Assembly (NCBI GenBank): GCA_964016885.1
Contig: OZ024742.1
Span: 223,634,001-223,698,000 of the forward strand
Origin: Eledone cirrhosa
Lineage: Eukaryota
DNA: 64,000 nucleotides
Reading direction: 5' to 3'
The stretch's first letter is position 1. Each line of letters starts with the position of its first letter. Of the stretch, positions 26,173 through 39,002 are shown piece by piece. Both the position numbers and the translations under genes were made by a program. The notes under the pieces were generated by a model. It searched no databases. It was not told where the DNA came from and saw only the letters and a list, made by a program, of their open reading frames with translations.

Positions 26173-26797
26173 ATCATCAACATTATCATTTTACGTCCAC
26201 TTTTCCCTGCTTGCAAGGGTGGGATGGGTCCTATTCAGCACAGCATCTCTCCACTTGTCACAGTCCTTTGTCATCTCCTCCGTGAGCTTCAGCGATCTGA
26301 GGTCTGCTCTCACCACCTCTGCCCATGTTTTTCATGGTCTTCCTCTACTACGTCTTCCTTCAACTGGCATGTCTTGGCACTTCTTCACCCATTGGTCATT
26401 CTCCATGCGCATCACATGTCCATACCATCGCAGTCTCCTCTCCCGCACACTACAATTTATCCCTCTCAGACACAGTTTCTCTCTCAACACATCCATGCTC
26501 GGTCGTTCACGCACATTGACATTGTACATCCAACGGAGCATTCTTGCCTCATTTCTCTCCAGCCATCGCATATCCCATGCAGTTGCTGCCCATGTCTCAC
26601 TACCGTGAAGCATCGCACTCCTCACACAGGCATCATATAACTGGCCTTTCATACGCAGGGAGAAACCCTTCTTTGTCAGCAGAGAAAGCAACTCCCTAAA
26701 CTTCTTCCAACCCGTTCTTATTCTAGATACTATGGCTTCGGAAAACCCCCCTCCCATGCTAATCTGATCACCTAGGTACCGGAAGCTATCAACCACT
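26173..26797 (-). mobile_element. RTE LINE family A, 5'-truncated
   Basis: ORF 26332-26796 nearly identical to the C-terminus of 2390-3553. Confidence 0.9.
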
Positions 26798-26839
<42 letters not shown>

Positions 26840-26899
26840 CATTCATACATATACATACATATATACATACATAAATAGATAGATACATAGCTAGTTAGA

Positions 26900-29800
26900 T
26901 AAATTTCTTTATTAGCCACAAGGGCACAAAAGAAGGGGACAAATACAAATGGGGAGTTTACATACAGGTATATGAAAATAAAACTATTAATAAAATAACA
27001 AATAACAATTGATATCCCCAATAGGGGGGAGGTGTTACACAGGGGTTGTACACACCCCGAAAAAATGTACAACCCTCATCTCCAGGAGCACCTAGAGTGA
27101 GTACTCCCCCTCCTCTCTTCCTCTTTTTCCTCAACCTACAGGCTTATATAGAGAGAAGGCCCAACCACTCGGGCCATCTTTGCCACATTCACCCACCTTT
27201 TATAAAATTGCTGGGTTACAGCACCTCTCTCTCCATCCTGATTCTTCTTCCAAAATGATATTTGAAGAAACGAATCAGTTGCTCACCGGAGAGAAAGGTG
27301 TCTGACCTCAGCCCTTTTAACCTCGTCCACCATATAACCTCTTTCACCATAGCCATAACACATAGGAAAACCGCCTCTCCCTCGTTTTTGAAGGAGGATG
27401 GCGGTTTGATCATGACAATGGACTCGGTGGTCAACCGGATTGGTCCCACTCGCAACAATAGTCGTTCTACATAGCCCCACAGGTCGGTAACGCCCGGGCA
27501 GTGTACAAATGCATGCGCGACGGTTTCCTTGTTGCGCACGCATCTCGGACATTATCTTGTTTGAAGGGTCCCTACCCGGGCGCCCGTGTCTGTAAAGCTT
27601 GTCTCGAACTGGGAGAGCTCCTCGGTAGCACTGCCAGGCCAGGGACTTTTGGAAGTTGTCCATTGGATCCGGGCCAGTTCGTCCTCCTCTACACCTAGAG
27701 TTTCTCCGAGCATGTCGTCGCACTTGCTGCGGACCAACCCTCTATAGAATGTCGAAGTGGTGTCTCCACTGATCACCAGGTCCGACTGCCAGAGGACTGT
27801 GAGCACCTGAGCACATTCGATGTGCCAGTCGCCCATTTTCCTCAGTCTTTGCTTGACCCGGGACTGCAGCTCGGTCAGCAAGTCGTGGGAAGGCTCGCCT
27901 CACGAAAGGGGCCCACACCGGTTGTCAGGTGAGGAATACGTGGAGGTGCCGTAGCCTGAGCGCGTGTTTGCGCATCGTCAGCCACGGCAACCCAAGCCCT
28001 CCGTTTGAAGGGTGTTGGCAGCAGATGGATCTTCTCACCAAAGGAGCCCGTTTCTTCCAAAGCTCCGCTTGACCTTTCATGGATACTTTGCACTCGACCC
28101 ACTTCTGGGTGAGTGCAAACACCTTGGCCGTTACCTCATTCCAATTCTTCTCCACCTGGAGGTCCAGACCAAACCAGACCATGAGCAGCTTTACCGGTCC
28201 TTCCGTCCAGCATCCGACGATGCCATCGGAAGGCATCGGTTTGCCTCTCCACGTTCCGAGTTGCAAACCGACAGATTTGTCCCGGTTCAGCTTCGCTCCG
28301 GTGAACCTATCATATTCCTCCAGTAAGGTGCCGATCTCCCCGATTTGCGAGGTGCTCGACAGCATTACTGTCACGTCGTCGGCATAGACCGACACCGCTT
28401 TTCGCAGTCCCGGTTCCAAAGGGATGCCCTGCAATAGCTCCAACTTCCGCAGTAGTGGCTCGAGAGTCAGTATGTACAGAAGGGAGCAGAGAGGGTATCC
28501 CTGTTGGATGGATCGCATGATATGGAACGGCTCCGAGAGGTAGCCGTTCAACTTGACCCTTGAGCAGATGTTGCTGCTGTGCATTGCAGCAATCCAGCCC
28601 CTGAACACGGGTCCGAAGCCTGCCGCCTCGAGCACCGCATCCAGGTAATGATGGTCAACCCTATCGAAAGCCTTAGACTGATCCAAGTTGATCAGGGCCC
28701 CACCGAAGCCGGGTTTACACCCTACCCTCTCTATGATGTATCGCATGAGGTGGAGGTTGTCGTGTATGGACCTGGTCAGGATTGCGCATGTCTGCGCTCC
28801 TCCCACCAGGTTTTCAACGACAAGCACCAGCCTCTTTGCCAACACCTTGGCCAAAATCTGTAACTCTGTGTTGAGCAGAGTTATGGGCCAGAAGTTGCCT
28901 ATGTCATCCCTCTTGTTCTCGTCCTTCCTGACTAACGTGATTACGCCCTTGGTCACAGAACTGGAAATTCTCCCGTTCTGCTGCCAGATGCAGTAGACCA
29001 TCGAGACCTGGAGATTTGCGTTTGCTGCATTGGCTCAGCGTGTCCCCTATCTCAGCAGCCGAAATCGGCCTTTGGCAGAACTTCACCTCGCTGTCCGAGA
29101 GTCGCGGTAGGCCATCGAGGTATGGACCGAAATCCATAGCCCCTCCTAGCGTGGCGCCCTGCCCGAACAGTTGAGCAAAGTGCCGCTGAAAGGCCGCACA
29201 CATCTCCTTTGGCTCACGTATCACGCGTCCATCTTGGTCCTTCAAAGACCGAATCGTGGACTTGTTGCCACTTTTCACCTCCGTCACTCGGGCCCAGCTA
29301 ACAGCTTTGGCTCCCTCGTTTCCCAGAGCACGTATTTTGCTTCTGACAACGCAGCCTTCATGCTTTGCATCGAAGAACTGGTCCAAGGCCATTCTCGTCG
29401 CTAGCACGCTGGCTACGTTGCCACTCCTAAGTGCCTCTTCTACTTTATCTACCATTTCTTTTTTGGTCTTATTTTTATCTAACACTAATTCTTTACTAAA
29501 ACCTATCGAGTCTAATCTAACTCCTTTATTGAGAGAGTACCACCATCTGTTGTTGACAATGGCCCCTGTCAAGTGCTGCTTAACTAAAGTGCTAATCCGT
29601 CTACTGTAGGCTTTGCATGTCGGTAACGACAAGTTCAGCTTCCAGTAGCCGGGTCCCTGTCTATGGGTTTTGTCAAGGTTGACTCAGCAGGTGACTAATT
29701 TGTGATCTGAATAGGCAACCACGAGCATTTGTGGACAGCTTAACATGTCCCTATCTTTCTTTCTAACTAAAACCCTATCTAGGTACGATCTAGATGTTCC

Positions 29801-30110
29801 GCTTCAATTAGTCCACATCCACAGTGGTACAGTCGGAAAATCTAGTCGATATCTATCGGCCAGGTCAAATCGGCTGATTAACTGTTTGAGGCTGTTACAC
29901 CCCACCCCCCCTCTATCGGGACATGCTCCCACATAGTCCCAACGTGCATCTAGGATTCCATTCCAGTCCCCCACTAACAGCAGGGAGCGAGACGTTCCCA
30001 GAAAAGTCTCTAGACGTTTGAAGAAGTCTGGCCGCGGTGTCCCGGATGGGGCATATGCGGCCACCAGCCTGAAGGCTTCACCTTCACTACCGCCAACGTC
30101 TAGGACCACT
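26900..30110 (-). mobile_element. Tx1/L1-clade LINE, 5'-truncated and frameshifted ORF2
   Basis: Endonuclease YAPSG...VGDWN (29804-30109), PGLDGL, WPITLLNTE, LDQSKAFDRVDH, YADD, GGLGLP, C-terminal ETVAHAFVHC; AATAAA near the 3' end. Confidence 0.9.
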
Positions 30111-30122
30111 AGTTGACCCTCC

Positions 30123-30365
30123 AGTTAGATAGATAGATAAACTGACAAAGACAGACAGATAGATAGATAAATAGATAGATTAATTGATTGACTGATAAAT
30201 AGATAAATAGATAGACATACAGACAAACAGACAGATGGACGGCTAAACAGATTGACAGACAGATGAACGGATGAACAGACTGACAGACAGACAAATAAAT
30301 AGATAATAGGTAGGTAACTTGATAGGTGGGTATGTAAGAAGAATGATACATAGATAGACAGATTA
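30123..30365. repeat. (GATA)n/(GACA)n microsatellite
   Basis: Directly visible. Confidence 0.9.
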
Positions 30366-30609
30366 GAGGCATGGTAAGAGGGGTATGAGAGGAAGCAATT
30401 CCCCACCCCTGCCCCGAGTATCTATCTAACTTGCTAATTAAGATGAAGGCGCCAAAAATCCTTTTGTCTATGCTAGTTGTTGAGAACTTTTACTACATGA
30501 CTGAAATAGATAGATATCTTTCTTTCTTTATTTATTATTTATTTATTATTTATTTATATGACTGAAATAGATAGATAGAAAGATAGATAGGTAGATAGAC
30601 AGGCGAAAA

Positions 30610-30747
30610 AATACATACATACATACATATGTACATACACACATATGTACGTACATACATATGTACGTACATACATAATACATACATACATACATACATA
30701 CATACATACATACATACATACATACATACATACATACATACATACAT
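30610..30747. repeat. (CATA)n microsatellite
   Basis: Directly visible. Confidence 0.9.
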
Positions 30748-31299
30748 GGGAAAAAAAATTTGTGAAATTATAAAACCAGAAGAACATACATACATATCTT
30801 GAGAAGTTGGGCTTCACAGAAACAGAAAGAACACAACTAGTTAGGACATTACAAGTACAATTCAATACAATGCAACAGTAAAAATATGTAAAATACAATG
30901 GAACAGTAAAAATATGTAAAACATTCCTAAAATTCTGCATCTAATAACTGCATATACACATGTACAGATACAAAGCATATGCACATGCACACATACAACT
31001 CAAAACATACATCCACACATACAATAACATTCATACCTGCACACATATGCATGCATGCAGACATGCATACATATCTACCTAGTTGATGTTGTGTATATTC
31101 CAATGAGAGAGTCTTGTATCTATGTTATAAACCGACTCTCTCTATTAGCAAAAGTTTGTGAAATTATAAAACCAGAAGAACATACATAAATACATACATA
31201 CATTCTTCCTAAGTGTGAAACTAATAAGACTTTGTGTTTTTGCATCTGTGATTTGTCTTGTCTATTCTCGAACTATATATATATATATATATATATATA

Positions 31300-31561
31300 C
31301 AACATCCAGTCCTAAATAAATGAGGTCATGTAGGTGTCACAACAAAAAAACACACAGTCCACGCTGTAATGTGGCCGTGTAGGTAACATGGTAAAAACCT
31401 CCCAGTCCACACTGTAAACGACGTTGATGTTAGGAAGGGCATCCAGCCGTAGAAAACCCGCCAGACACTCCTGAGCAAGACAACGAATCTTGCCTCAAGT
31501 GGGACAATTCCCGTCCAGACCCATGCTAGCGTGGAAGATGGACGTTAAACGATGATGATGA
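31300..31561 (+). mobile_element. RTE family B 3' UTR fragment
   Basis: Matches 25780-26169; (GAT)n tail; flanked by (TA)n. Confidence 0.8.
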
Positions 31562-32002
31562 TATATATATATATCTATATATATATGTATATATATATAT
31601 ATATATTGAGAGAGAGAGTGAAAGAAATACATGTGCACATACAGGCACACAGACTCACAGACACACACACACACACACACACACTCATATATATCATTAC
31701 CCTCGTTGTTTTAATGTCTGTTTTCCCTGCAAGCAAGGGTTTAATCAAGCCACCACTGAACAGGGCTACTCCCAGACAAGCCAGGAATCTGCATTTCACT
31801 TACATAAGGTCTCACATTCTACTGAGTGTACAGGAGTGGTTTGTCTTGTCTTTGACTCAACTGAAAGGTCCTCCCAACTCTTTGTTTAGCAAGCTTTCTA
31901 TGGCTGGATGCCCTTCCTATTACCAACCATTTTACAGCGCATACTTGGTGGATTTATCGGGCAGATCACCAACACTAGAGGGGTTGCAGTACCATGACAC
32001 AA

Positions 32003-32117
<115 letters not shown>

Positions 32118-32288
32118 ATATATAGATAGGTAAATATACACGGGTGTGTATGATTGTGTATAGAAGATTATATTAATAAGAGGAATTCCAACTTTGTCTG
32201 ATTTACTCGTTTTATTTACAATCCTTTAAAATTTATAATGGTATTATAATGAAATAGTATGATAGAATATTAAATTCTAAGTGTTAAT

Positions 32289-32327
32289 TGAACAAGTACT
32301 TTCATGCTTTCGCAATCTTCAGGTTCA
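32289..32327 (-). ncRNA. Minimal type I hammerhead ribozyme (mirror copy)
   Basis: Reverse complement of 32450-32488. Confidence 0.65.
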
Positions 32328-32449
32328 TAATATGTGGTGACAGTCAAGTTTGCAATTTTCAACTGTTGTTGAAAATTTCAACAACAGTTGAAAATTGCAA
32401 ACTTTCAACAACAGTTGAAAATTGCAAACTTGACTGTCACCACATATTA

Positions 32450-32488
32450 TGAACCTGAAGATTGCGAAAGCATGAAAGTACTTGTTCA
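32450..32488 (+). ncRNA. Minimal type I hammerhead ribozyme
   Basis: TGAAC-CTGAAGA-TTGCGAAAGCAT-GAAA-GTAC-TT-GTTCA: 5-bp stem I, GAAA-capped stem II, palindromic AGTACT stem III, CUU cleavage triplet. Confidence 0.65.
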
Positions 32489-32612
32489 ATTAACACTTAG
32501 AATTTAATATTCTATCATACTATTTCATTATAATACCATTATAAATTTTAAAGGATTGTAAATAAAACGAGTAAATCAGACAAAGTTGGAATTCCTCTTA
32601 TTAATATATATA

Positions 32613-33016
32613 TATATATTGGTAAACGGAATAGAAAATGCTGACAAATTGTTCACAGTTGAAAAATGGTTTAATTAGGAATAAAAGAGTATTAGTAATT
32701 GTATGGGTTAGTATTCAGTTGTGGTTTTAAGTTTTTAAGTTTTTACCGGTTGCGCATTTCTAAATGCTTTTCAAAAATAATTTTGAGATAGAGTGTCCGT
32801 GCTGTTTGCTCAGATCAGAGCAAACAGCACGGACACTCTATCTCAAAATTATTTTTGAAAAGCATTTAGAAATGCGCAACCGGTAAAAACTTAAAAACTT
32901 AAAACCACAACTGAATACTAACCCATACAATTACTAATACTCTTTTATTCCTAATTAAACCATTTTTCAACTGTGAACAATTTGTCAGCATTTTCTATTC
33001 CGTTTACCAATATATA
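32613..33016. repeat. Second large palindrome (~200-bp arms, centre 32814/32815)
   Basis: Arms are reverse complements around AGATCA; degenerate hammerhead-like motif at 32852-32889. Confidence 0.9.
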
Positions 33017-33045
33017 ATAACTTGTGTGTTACACCTCTATTCTTT

Positions 33046-33092
<47 letters not shown>

Positions 33093-33103
33093 ATTCTAAG
33101 TGT

Positions 33104-33160
<57 letters not shown>

Positions 33161-33164
<4 letters not shown>

Positions 33165-33425
33165 AGGTGCATGGCTTAGTGGTTAGAGCATTGGCCTTGC
33201 AATCGAAAGGTTGTGAGTTCAAATCTCGGACCGGGTGACACTTTATTTCACGTTGCTCCAGTTTACTCAGCTGAAAATGAGTACCAGCAATAGCTGGAGG
33301 TTTAACCCTGCGATGGACTGGCGTCCTGTCCAGGGGGGAGTCTTGTACTCTCAGTCGCTTCACGCCATGAAACCAGGATAAGCACCGGCCAAATGAGCCT
33401 TCTGGCTCAAGACAGACTTTAGACT
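33161..33425 (+). mobile_element. tRNA-derived SINE (family 2 head, different 3' domain)
   Basis: Box A TGGCTTAGTGGT, box B GAGTTCAAATCT, then AACCCTGCGATGGACTGGCGTCCTGTCCAGGGG. Confidence 0.75.
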
Positions 33426-33584
33426 TTTTAGATATATATATAGAGAGAGAGATATAAAATTCCATATGGGATTTTATATCTCTTTATAGCCACTCTACAT
33501 TTCCCCATGTACTCACATGATTAGTGGTCTCTTCAGTCACAGCACCACAGACTCTACTTATATATATATACATAAATATATATA

Positions 33585-34185
33585 TATAGAGTAGAATTAG
33601 GATTTAGTTTCAGGCATAGCTGAGCTGTATACAGATATGTATAGAAATTTCGTATTTCTAAAGAAACACGGTATGTTTACAGGTAAACATTTAGAAAGCT
33701 GTAACTATGCAAAAAACACCGGGACTAATGCCCTCTGGTGCTGGTGGTGTCCCTCTCACACTTGCGACCGCTGGACTTGAAAATGTTTACCTGTAAACAT
33801 ACCATGTTTCTTTAGGAATCCTAAATTTCTAATCATACCTGTATACAGCTATGCCTGAAGCTAAATCCTAATTCTATTCTATTATAAGTTGAGCCAACTT
33901 ATGCAGCTTCATATGCAAATGAGATTAATCACCTCATTTACACAGACGAGAAAACTATATATTCTCGACTGTTTTCAAGTCCAGCAGTCGCAAGTGTGGG
34001 AGGGATCATTCTGATGAGAACCAGTTAAGTCCAAAATGCATCAACGATTGTCCCCCTTGCTTGTGCTGGACACTACCAGAGGGCGTTAGCTATGGCTTTC
34101 TAAATGTTTACCTGTAAATGTTTACCTCTAAATGTTTACCTGTAAACATACCGTGTTTCTTTAGAAATACGAAATTTCTATACAT
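33585..34185. repeat. Rearranged inverted and direct repeats, probable Penelope-like pseudo-LTR fragments
   Basis: 33590-33690 is inverted relative to 33781-33880 and 34130-34185; degenerate hammerhead at 34005-34048. Confidence 0.6.
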
Positions 34186-34189
34186 ATAT

Positions 34190-35900
34190 ATGTCTAACCT
34201 TGCACATAACATCACAGCTTCAAATTTAGCTAAACTACCTAGCCGTAGGAACACGTGCAACCCTGTAGTTAGTACTACCTGTAATTGTAGGTATCAGGTT
34301 GACTGCCCCCTATCCGGGAAATGCCTCTCTAGTAACATTGTCTACAAATGTAAGGTTGAAACACCCACGTCCCGTAGGGCCTACATAGGGTTAACCGCCA
34401 ATAGTTTCAAGCAGCGTCTTTACATGCATACCCATTCTTTTCTTAACCCTTTAAGAAGGAATATGACGTCACTTTCAGCTTATATCTGGAGTCTAAAAGA
34501 CAACCACACCCAATATAAGTTATACTGAGAGATCCTAGCTAAGGCTAGATCGTATAACGGAAATAAAAGACCATGTGACCTCTGCGCCGCTGAGGCCCTG
34601 GAAATTCTCTACGCCAAAGACGACATCTTAAACAAAAAATCTGAGGCAATTTCGGCTTGTAAACATAAATTGCACAAAACTTTCCTGTATTACAGCCCCA
34701 CATTATATGTACTATATGCGGACTTTTACGTCTTGATGTGGTAGCTAAGTATATGTTATGTTTATACCATTACTTATTTGTTTAGGTAAGTATATTTTAC
34801 CTGTATGTTTTGTGAAGGTACGTATACTTTCTCGTATGTATATTTGCTTGTATATGTTATGGCGTATATATTATATATACTTGTACATATGCATTTGGTT
34901 ATGTGTATACGTGAGTTTTGCGTCTGTATGAGTATGCGGGTTCGTACCTATGTGGGTGTGTGTATATGTGTACTTTGTGTTTTGGTTGACGTACGTCTGC
35001 GAACTTATGTGTATTTACATATAGGTATGTGTGTGCGCGCGTTATATACGTATTTACGTGTGTATATTTATATACGTTTATTTAATTATGTATACACGCA
35101 CACACACACACACATATGTATATGTATATATTTTTTTATATATATATATATTTTCATGTGTATTTGGTGTATACGTTCGTATGTGGGCGGGTAATGGCAT
35201 TGTTTGGGTTCTGTATGTGGGTGCGTGTTTTTTTGTGTACGTGCTTGTATTTGCATACCCATTATGAGTGTTTTCGCGTATGCTTGTGTATGTACGTATA
35301 TGGATATGTGTATGTATATATTTAATTTCAATTACCTCTGTATTTAATTTACTTTATTCTTAACTCTGAAGCCGAGAATCATTCGGTTTCCTAAATAGAA
35401 TTTTAGTCTATGACTTCTGCTATACCATTTACGTGGTTTTGTCTTTGCGTGTAATTGTTCTCACCGCTCCACATAATGACGTATTATCTTCGTTTTTTCC
35501 GTTCATTGCCAGAGAACGTCTCCATGAACCACCTAATAGAATATTAATCTACGACATCATTTATACCATAAACTTGGTTTTGTCTTTGCGTGTAATTGTT
35601 TTCAACGCTACAAATAATGACGTATTATCTTCGGTTTTTCCGTTCTTTGCCAGGGAACGTTTCCACGAACCAAAGTATCGTCTTTCTGTCTTCCTTCGGT
35701 TGCAACATTTTTTGAAATATTTACTGCTGCGTTCACAGATTGAATTTTTTAGTTTCAGAAGATCCCGTTAAGGGTGAAAGCAGCGATTCGTTGCTTAAAC
35801 TTTAATCTGTTATTTTAATAAATATTTGCTCTACGGTTCTCATATATCTGATATATATTTGTCCTTATCGAGCTCTCTTTGGATTTTAGTCTTCAAATTT
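34190..35900 (+). mobile_element. Penelope-like element 3' remnant: Cys linker, GIY-YIG endonuclease and 3' pseudo-LTR region
   Basis: CNCR...CPLSGKC...IVYKC...AYIGLTANSFKQR..H...SLSAYIW...Y*EIL...CDLC..E...LNKKSE...CKHK; hammerhead-like motif at 35751. Confidence 0.85.
35751..35801 (+). ncRNA. Type I hammerhead-like ribozyme with variant core CAGAAGA
   Basis: AGTTT-CAGAAGA-TCCCGTTAAGGGT-GAAA-GCAGCG-ATT-CGTTGC-TT-AAACT; all three stems pair. Confidence 0.5.
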
Positions 35901-35926
35901 ATTATTATTACTATACATAAATATAT

Positions 35927-36390
35927 ATGTCACTGGACCGAGACCTTTGGCGGTACTCAGTAACAGAGAAGACCCGCCTTACCTAAATACATAGTAAAAC
36001 CTACTACAGCCAGTAGGCATCTCTAACAAATGCCCCCCCCCCCCCCCCCCCGTCCCACCACCCCCACCCCATCCACGCCACCCCATTCTATGTAAAGTTG
36101 TGTTGGTGCCACACCATCCAGGCCGAAACAAATGAGATCGTGTAGGTGTCACGACAAAAAAACACACAGTCCACGCTGTAATGTGGCCGTGTAGGCAACA
36201 CGGTAAAAACCTCTCAGACCCACACTGTAAATGTGGTTGGTGTTAGGAAGGGCATCCAACTGTAGAAAACCTGCCAGACAGTCCTATGCGAGCAAGACAA
36301 TCACTCTTGCCTCAAGTGGGACTACCCCCGTCCAAACCCATGCAAGCGTGGAACACGGACGTTAAACGTTGATGATGATGATGATGATGA
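35927..36390 (+). mobile_element. RTE family B 3' fragment
   Basis: Matches 25608-26169; (GAT)n tail. Confidence 0.85.
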
Positions 36391-37247
36391 TATATATATA
36401 TATATATATATATATTCCCCAGTTTCTTCAATCTTACACACATACACTCGAGCTTACTTCACCACCTCTTGCCACTGTCACCTTTACTCCATCCATTGTC
36501 ACACACATGAGTGTACATTCGCCCTCTAGGTTCCTATGTCTCTGTTATGGTCAGAAACATAAATCCTTACAGACTATACAGACCAACAAAAATGCACACA
36601 CACCTCTATATTTACCTTCACAGCTCTGCATACATACACACACACACACACACTTACACCCTTATATACACACACATTTGCACACAGCTTTGTACTTACA
36701 CACACACACACGCACTCTTTTACTTACATATACACACACATGTATACGCACACGCACACGTACAGCTCTATATACAAAACGTTCTCAATCACCACCGTTT
36801 CAAAAAAGTATATCATACACAATATGCCAGCACCAACAGTTTTCCAAGAGATGGCAACATGAATGGAGCTGCTATTTTTCTCTAAAAAATTTCTTTTCTG
36901 CCCTGACTGTCTCCTCAATCTTTCTATTTCTTCTTTAATTTCTCTTTCTATTTTCTGATGAAAGACTTGTGACCAAAACTTTAAGACTCTTTTCCTATTA
37001 TATCAAGCATAAAACTAATAATATATTTCTTCATTGTACTGTGTTGTTTGCTTTGTTATTTCTGTTTGTCTTTTAAAGTTCTGTTATTACAACAGCAGAG
37101 GTCAGATGAGCTTTTGATTCCAGAGTTGGGCCAGATCGATACTAATCAAACCAGATTGAGCTGATCAATAGCAAAGCGTGCGAGTCACCAATCAATAAAT
37201 GTAATGAAGGCATAACAAATCGTCCTTGTATTATTATATACATATAT

Positions 37248-37443
37248 AAGGAGCGGTGGATTGGCAGTATCGGTAGAGGGTCGGACGCCATGCTTTCCAG
37301 CATAGTTACGTCCCTTTACGGTCTGAGTTCAAATCCCGCCGAGGTTAACTTTGCCTTTCATCCTTACGGGGTCGATAAAATAAAGTACCAGTAATGTACT
37401 GGGTAATTGCTGGTCTTGTGCCAAAAGTAGAAACAATTATTAT
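37248..37443 (+). mobile_element. tRNA-derived SINE (family 1), well-preserved copy
   Basis: Box A and B, GGGGTCGATAAAATAAAGTACCAG, ATT tail. Confidence 0.85.
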
Positions 37444-37477
37444 ATACATATATATATATATGTATATATTTTCTCTA

Positions 37478-38268
37478 ATGGCCATGCTCAATGTGTAAGA
37501 AAGGAGTAGGTAGAAATTTCATTCTATGCCCGAAATGCAAACTATGGGTACATAAAAGATGTAGTGGGCTCACAGGTAAGCTATCTAAGAATGTAGAATT
37601 TTATATGTGATTGATGCTCATCTGCAGTAAGTAGCAAGGACCCACTAAATGTTATCTCTTTCAACTGCCCAGTGGGTTCTATAGAAATAGTAGACACTTT
37701 CCATTACCTTGGTGACAAAATCAGCAGTGGTGGAGGGTGCTCTGAAAGTACAGTCGCCAGAGTTAGAACAGAATGGAAAAAGTTCAGAGAGCTTATACTG
37801 CTGTTGGCCACAAGGGGTTTTTCTCTAAAAGTGAAGGGCAGGTTGTATGATGCTTGTGTAGGAACAGCAATATTACATGGTAGTGAAACCTGGGTGTTGT
37901 GTGCTGAAGACTTGTGTAGATTAGGAAGAAATGAAGCTTACATGCTCCAATGGATGTGTAATAGTAATGTATGCGAATGGCAAAGCATAAACAAATTGAG
38001 AGAGAAACTAAGCATAAGAGGTATCAAATGTTGTGTTCTGGAGCGGAGATTACATTGATATTGACATGTGATGCATATGAAGGACAACAGCTGTATAAAA
38101 AAGTGCAGAGCAATCAAAATTGATGGAAGCTATGGAGTGGATAGACCAAGAAAAACCTGGGATGAGCTGATCAAAACAAACCTTGCTCACTTACACCTCT
38201 CTAAGACAATGTCAGTGGATCGGGATTTTTGATGCTATGCTGATGATGATGATGATGATGATGATGAT
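37478..38268 (+). mobile_element. Older RTE family B-like fragment
   Basis: ORF 37672-38058 with RTE C-terminal motifs and many stops. Confidence 0.85.
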
Positions 38269-38284
38269 ATATATATATATATAT

Positions 38285-38956
38285 TGCAGGGCAATAAAGA
38301 TAGACGGTAGCCACGGAATAGGCAGACCCAGAAAAACCTGGGATGAGCTGATAAATTCCGACCTCACACACTTACACCTCACCAAGACAATGTCACTGGA
38401 CCGAGACCTTTGGCGATACTCAGTAATAGAGAAGACCCGCCTTGCCTAAATACAAAGTAAAACCTACTACAGTCAGTAGGCATCTCTAACAAAATACACC
38501 CCCGTCCCACCACCCCCACCCCATCCACACTACCCCTTTCAATGTAAAGTTATGTTGGTGCCACAACATCCAGGCCGAAACAAATGAGATCGTGTAGGTG
38601 TCACGTCAAAAAACACACAGTTCACGCTGTAATGTGGCCGTGTAGGCAACACGGTAAAAACCTCCCAGCCCCACGCTGTAAATGTGGTTGGTGTTAGGAA
38701 GGGCATCCAGTTGTAGAAAACCCGCCAGACAGTCCACGCTGTAATGTGGTCGTGTAGGCAACACGGTAAAAACCTCCCAGCCCCACACTGTAAATGTGGT
38801 TGGTGTTAGGAAGGGCATCCAGCTGTAGAAAACCCGCCAGATAGTCCTATGCGAGCAAGATAATCACTCTTGCCTCAAGTGGGAAAACCCCCGTCCAAAC
38901 CCATGCAAGCGTGGAACACGGCCGTTAAACGTTGATGATGATGATGATGATGATGA

Positions 38957-38960
<4 letters not shown>
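38285..38960 (+). mobile_element. RTE family B 3' fragment with duplicated UTR unit
   Basis: Matches 25503-26169. Confidence 0.9.
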
Positions 38961-38999
<39 letters not shown>

Positions 39000-39002
39000 G
39001 CA

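Larger units (their letters stand above)
32169..32608. repeat. Large palindrome (~205-bp arms), probable inverted Penelope-like pseudo-LTR pair
   Basis: Arms are reverse complements by eye, with a ~27-bp duplication at the centre; each arm has a hammerhead motif. Confidence 0.9.

Noticed and set aside
33161-33235. tRNA gene
   Set aside because: Box A/B head runs into a SINE body; no proper acceptor stem. The same applies to the other SINE heads
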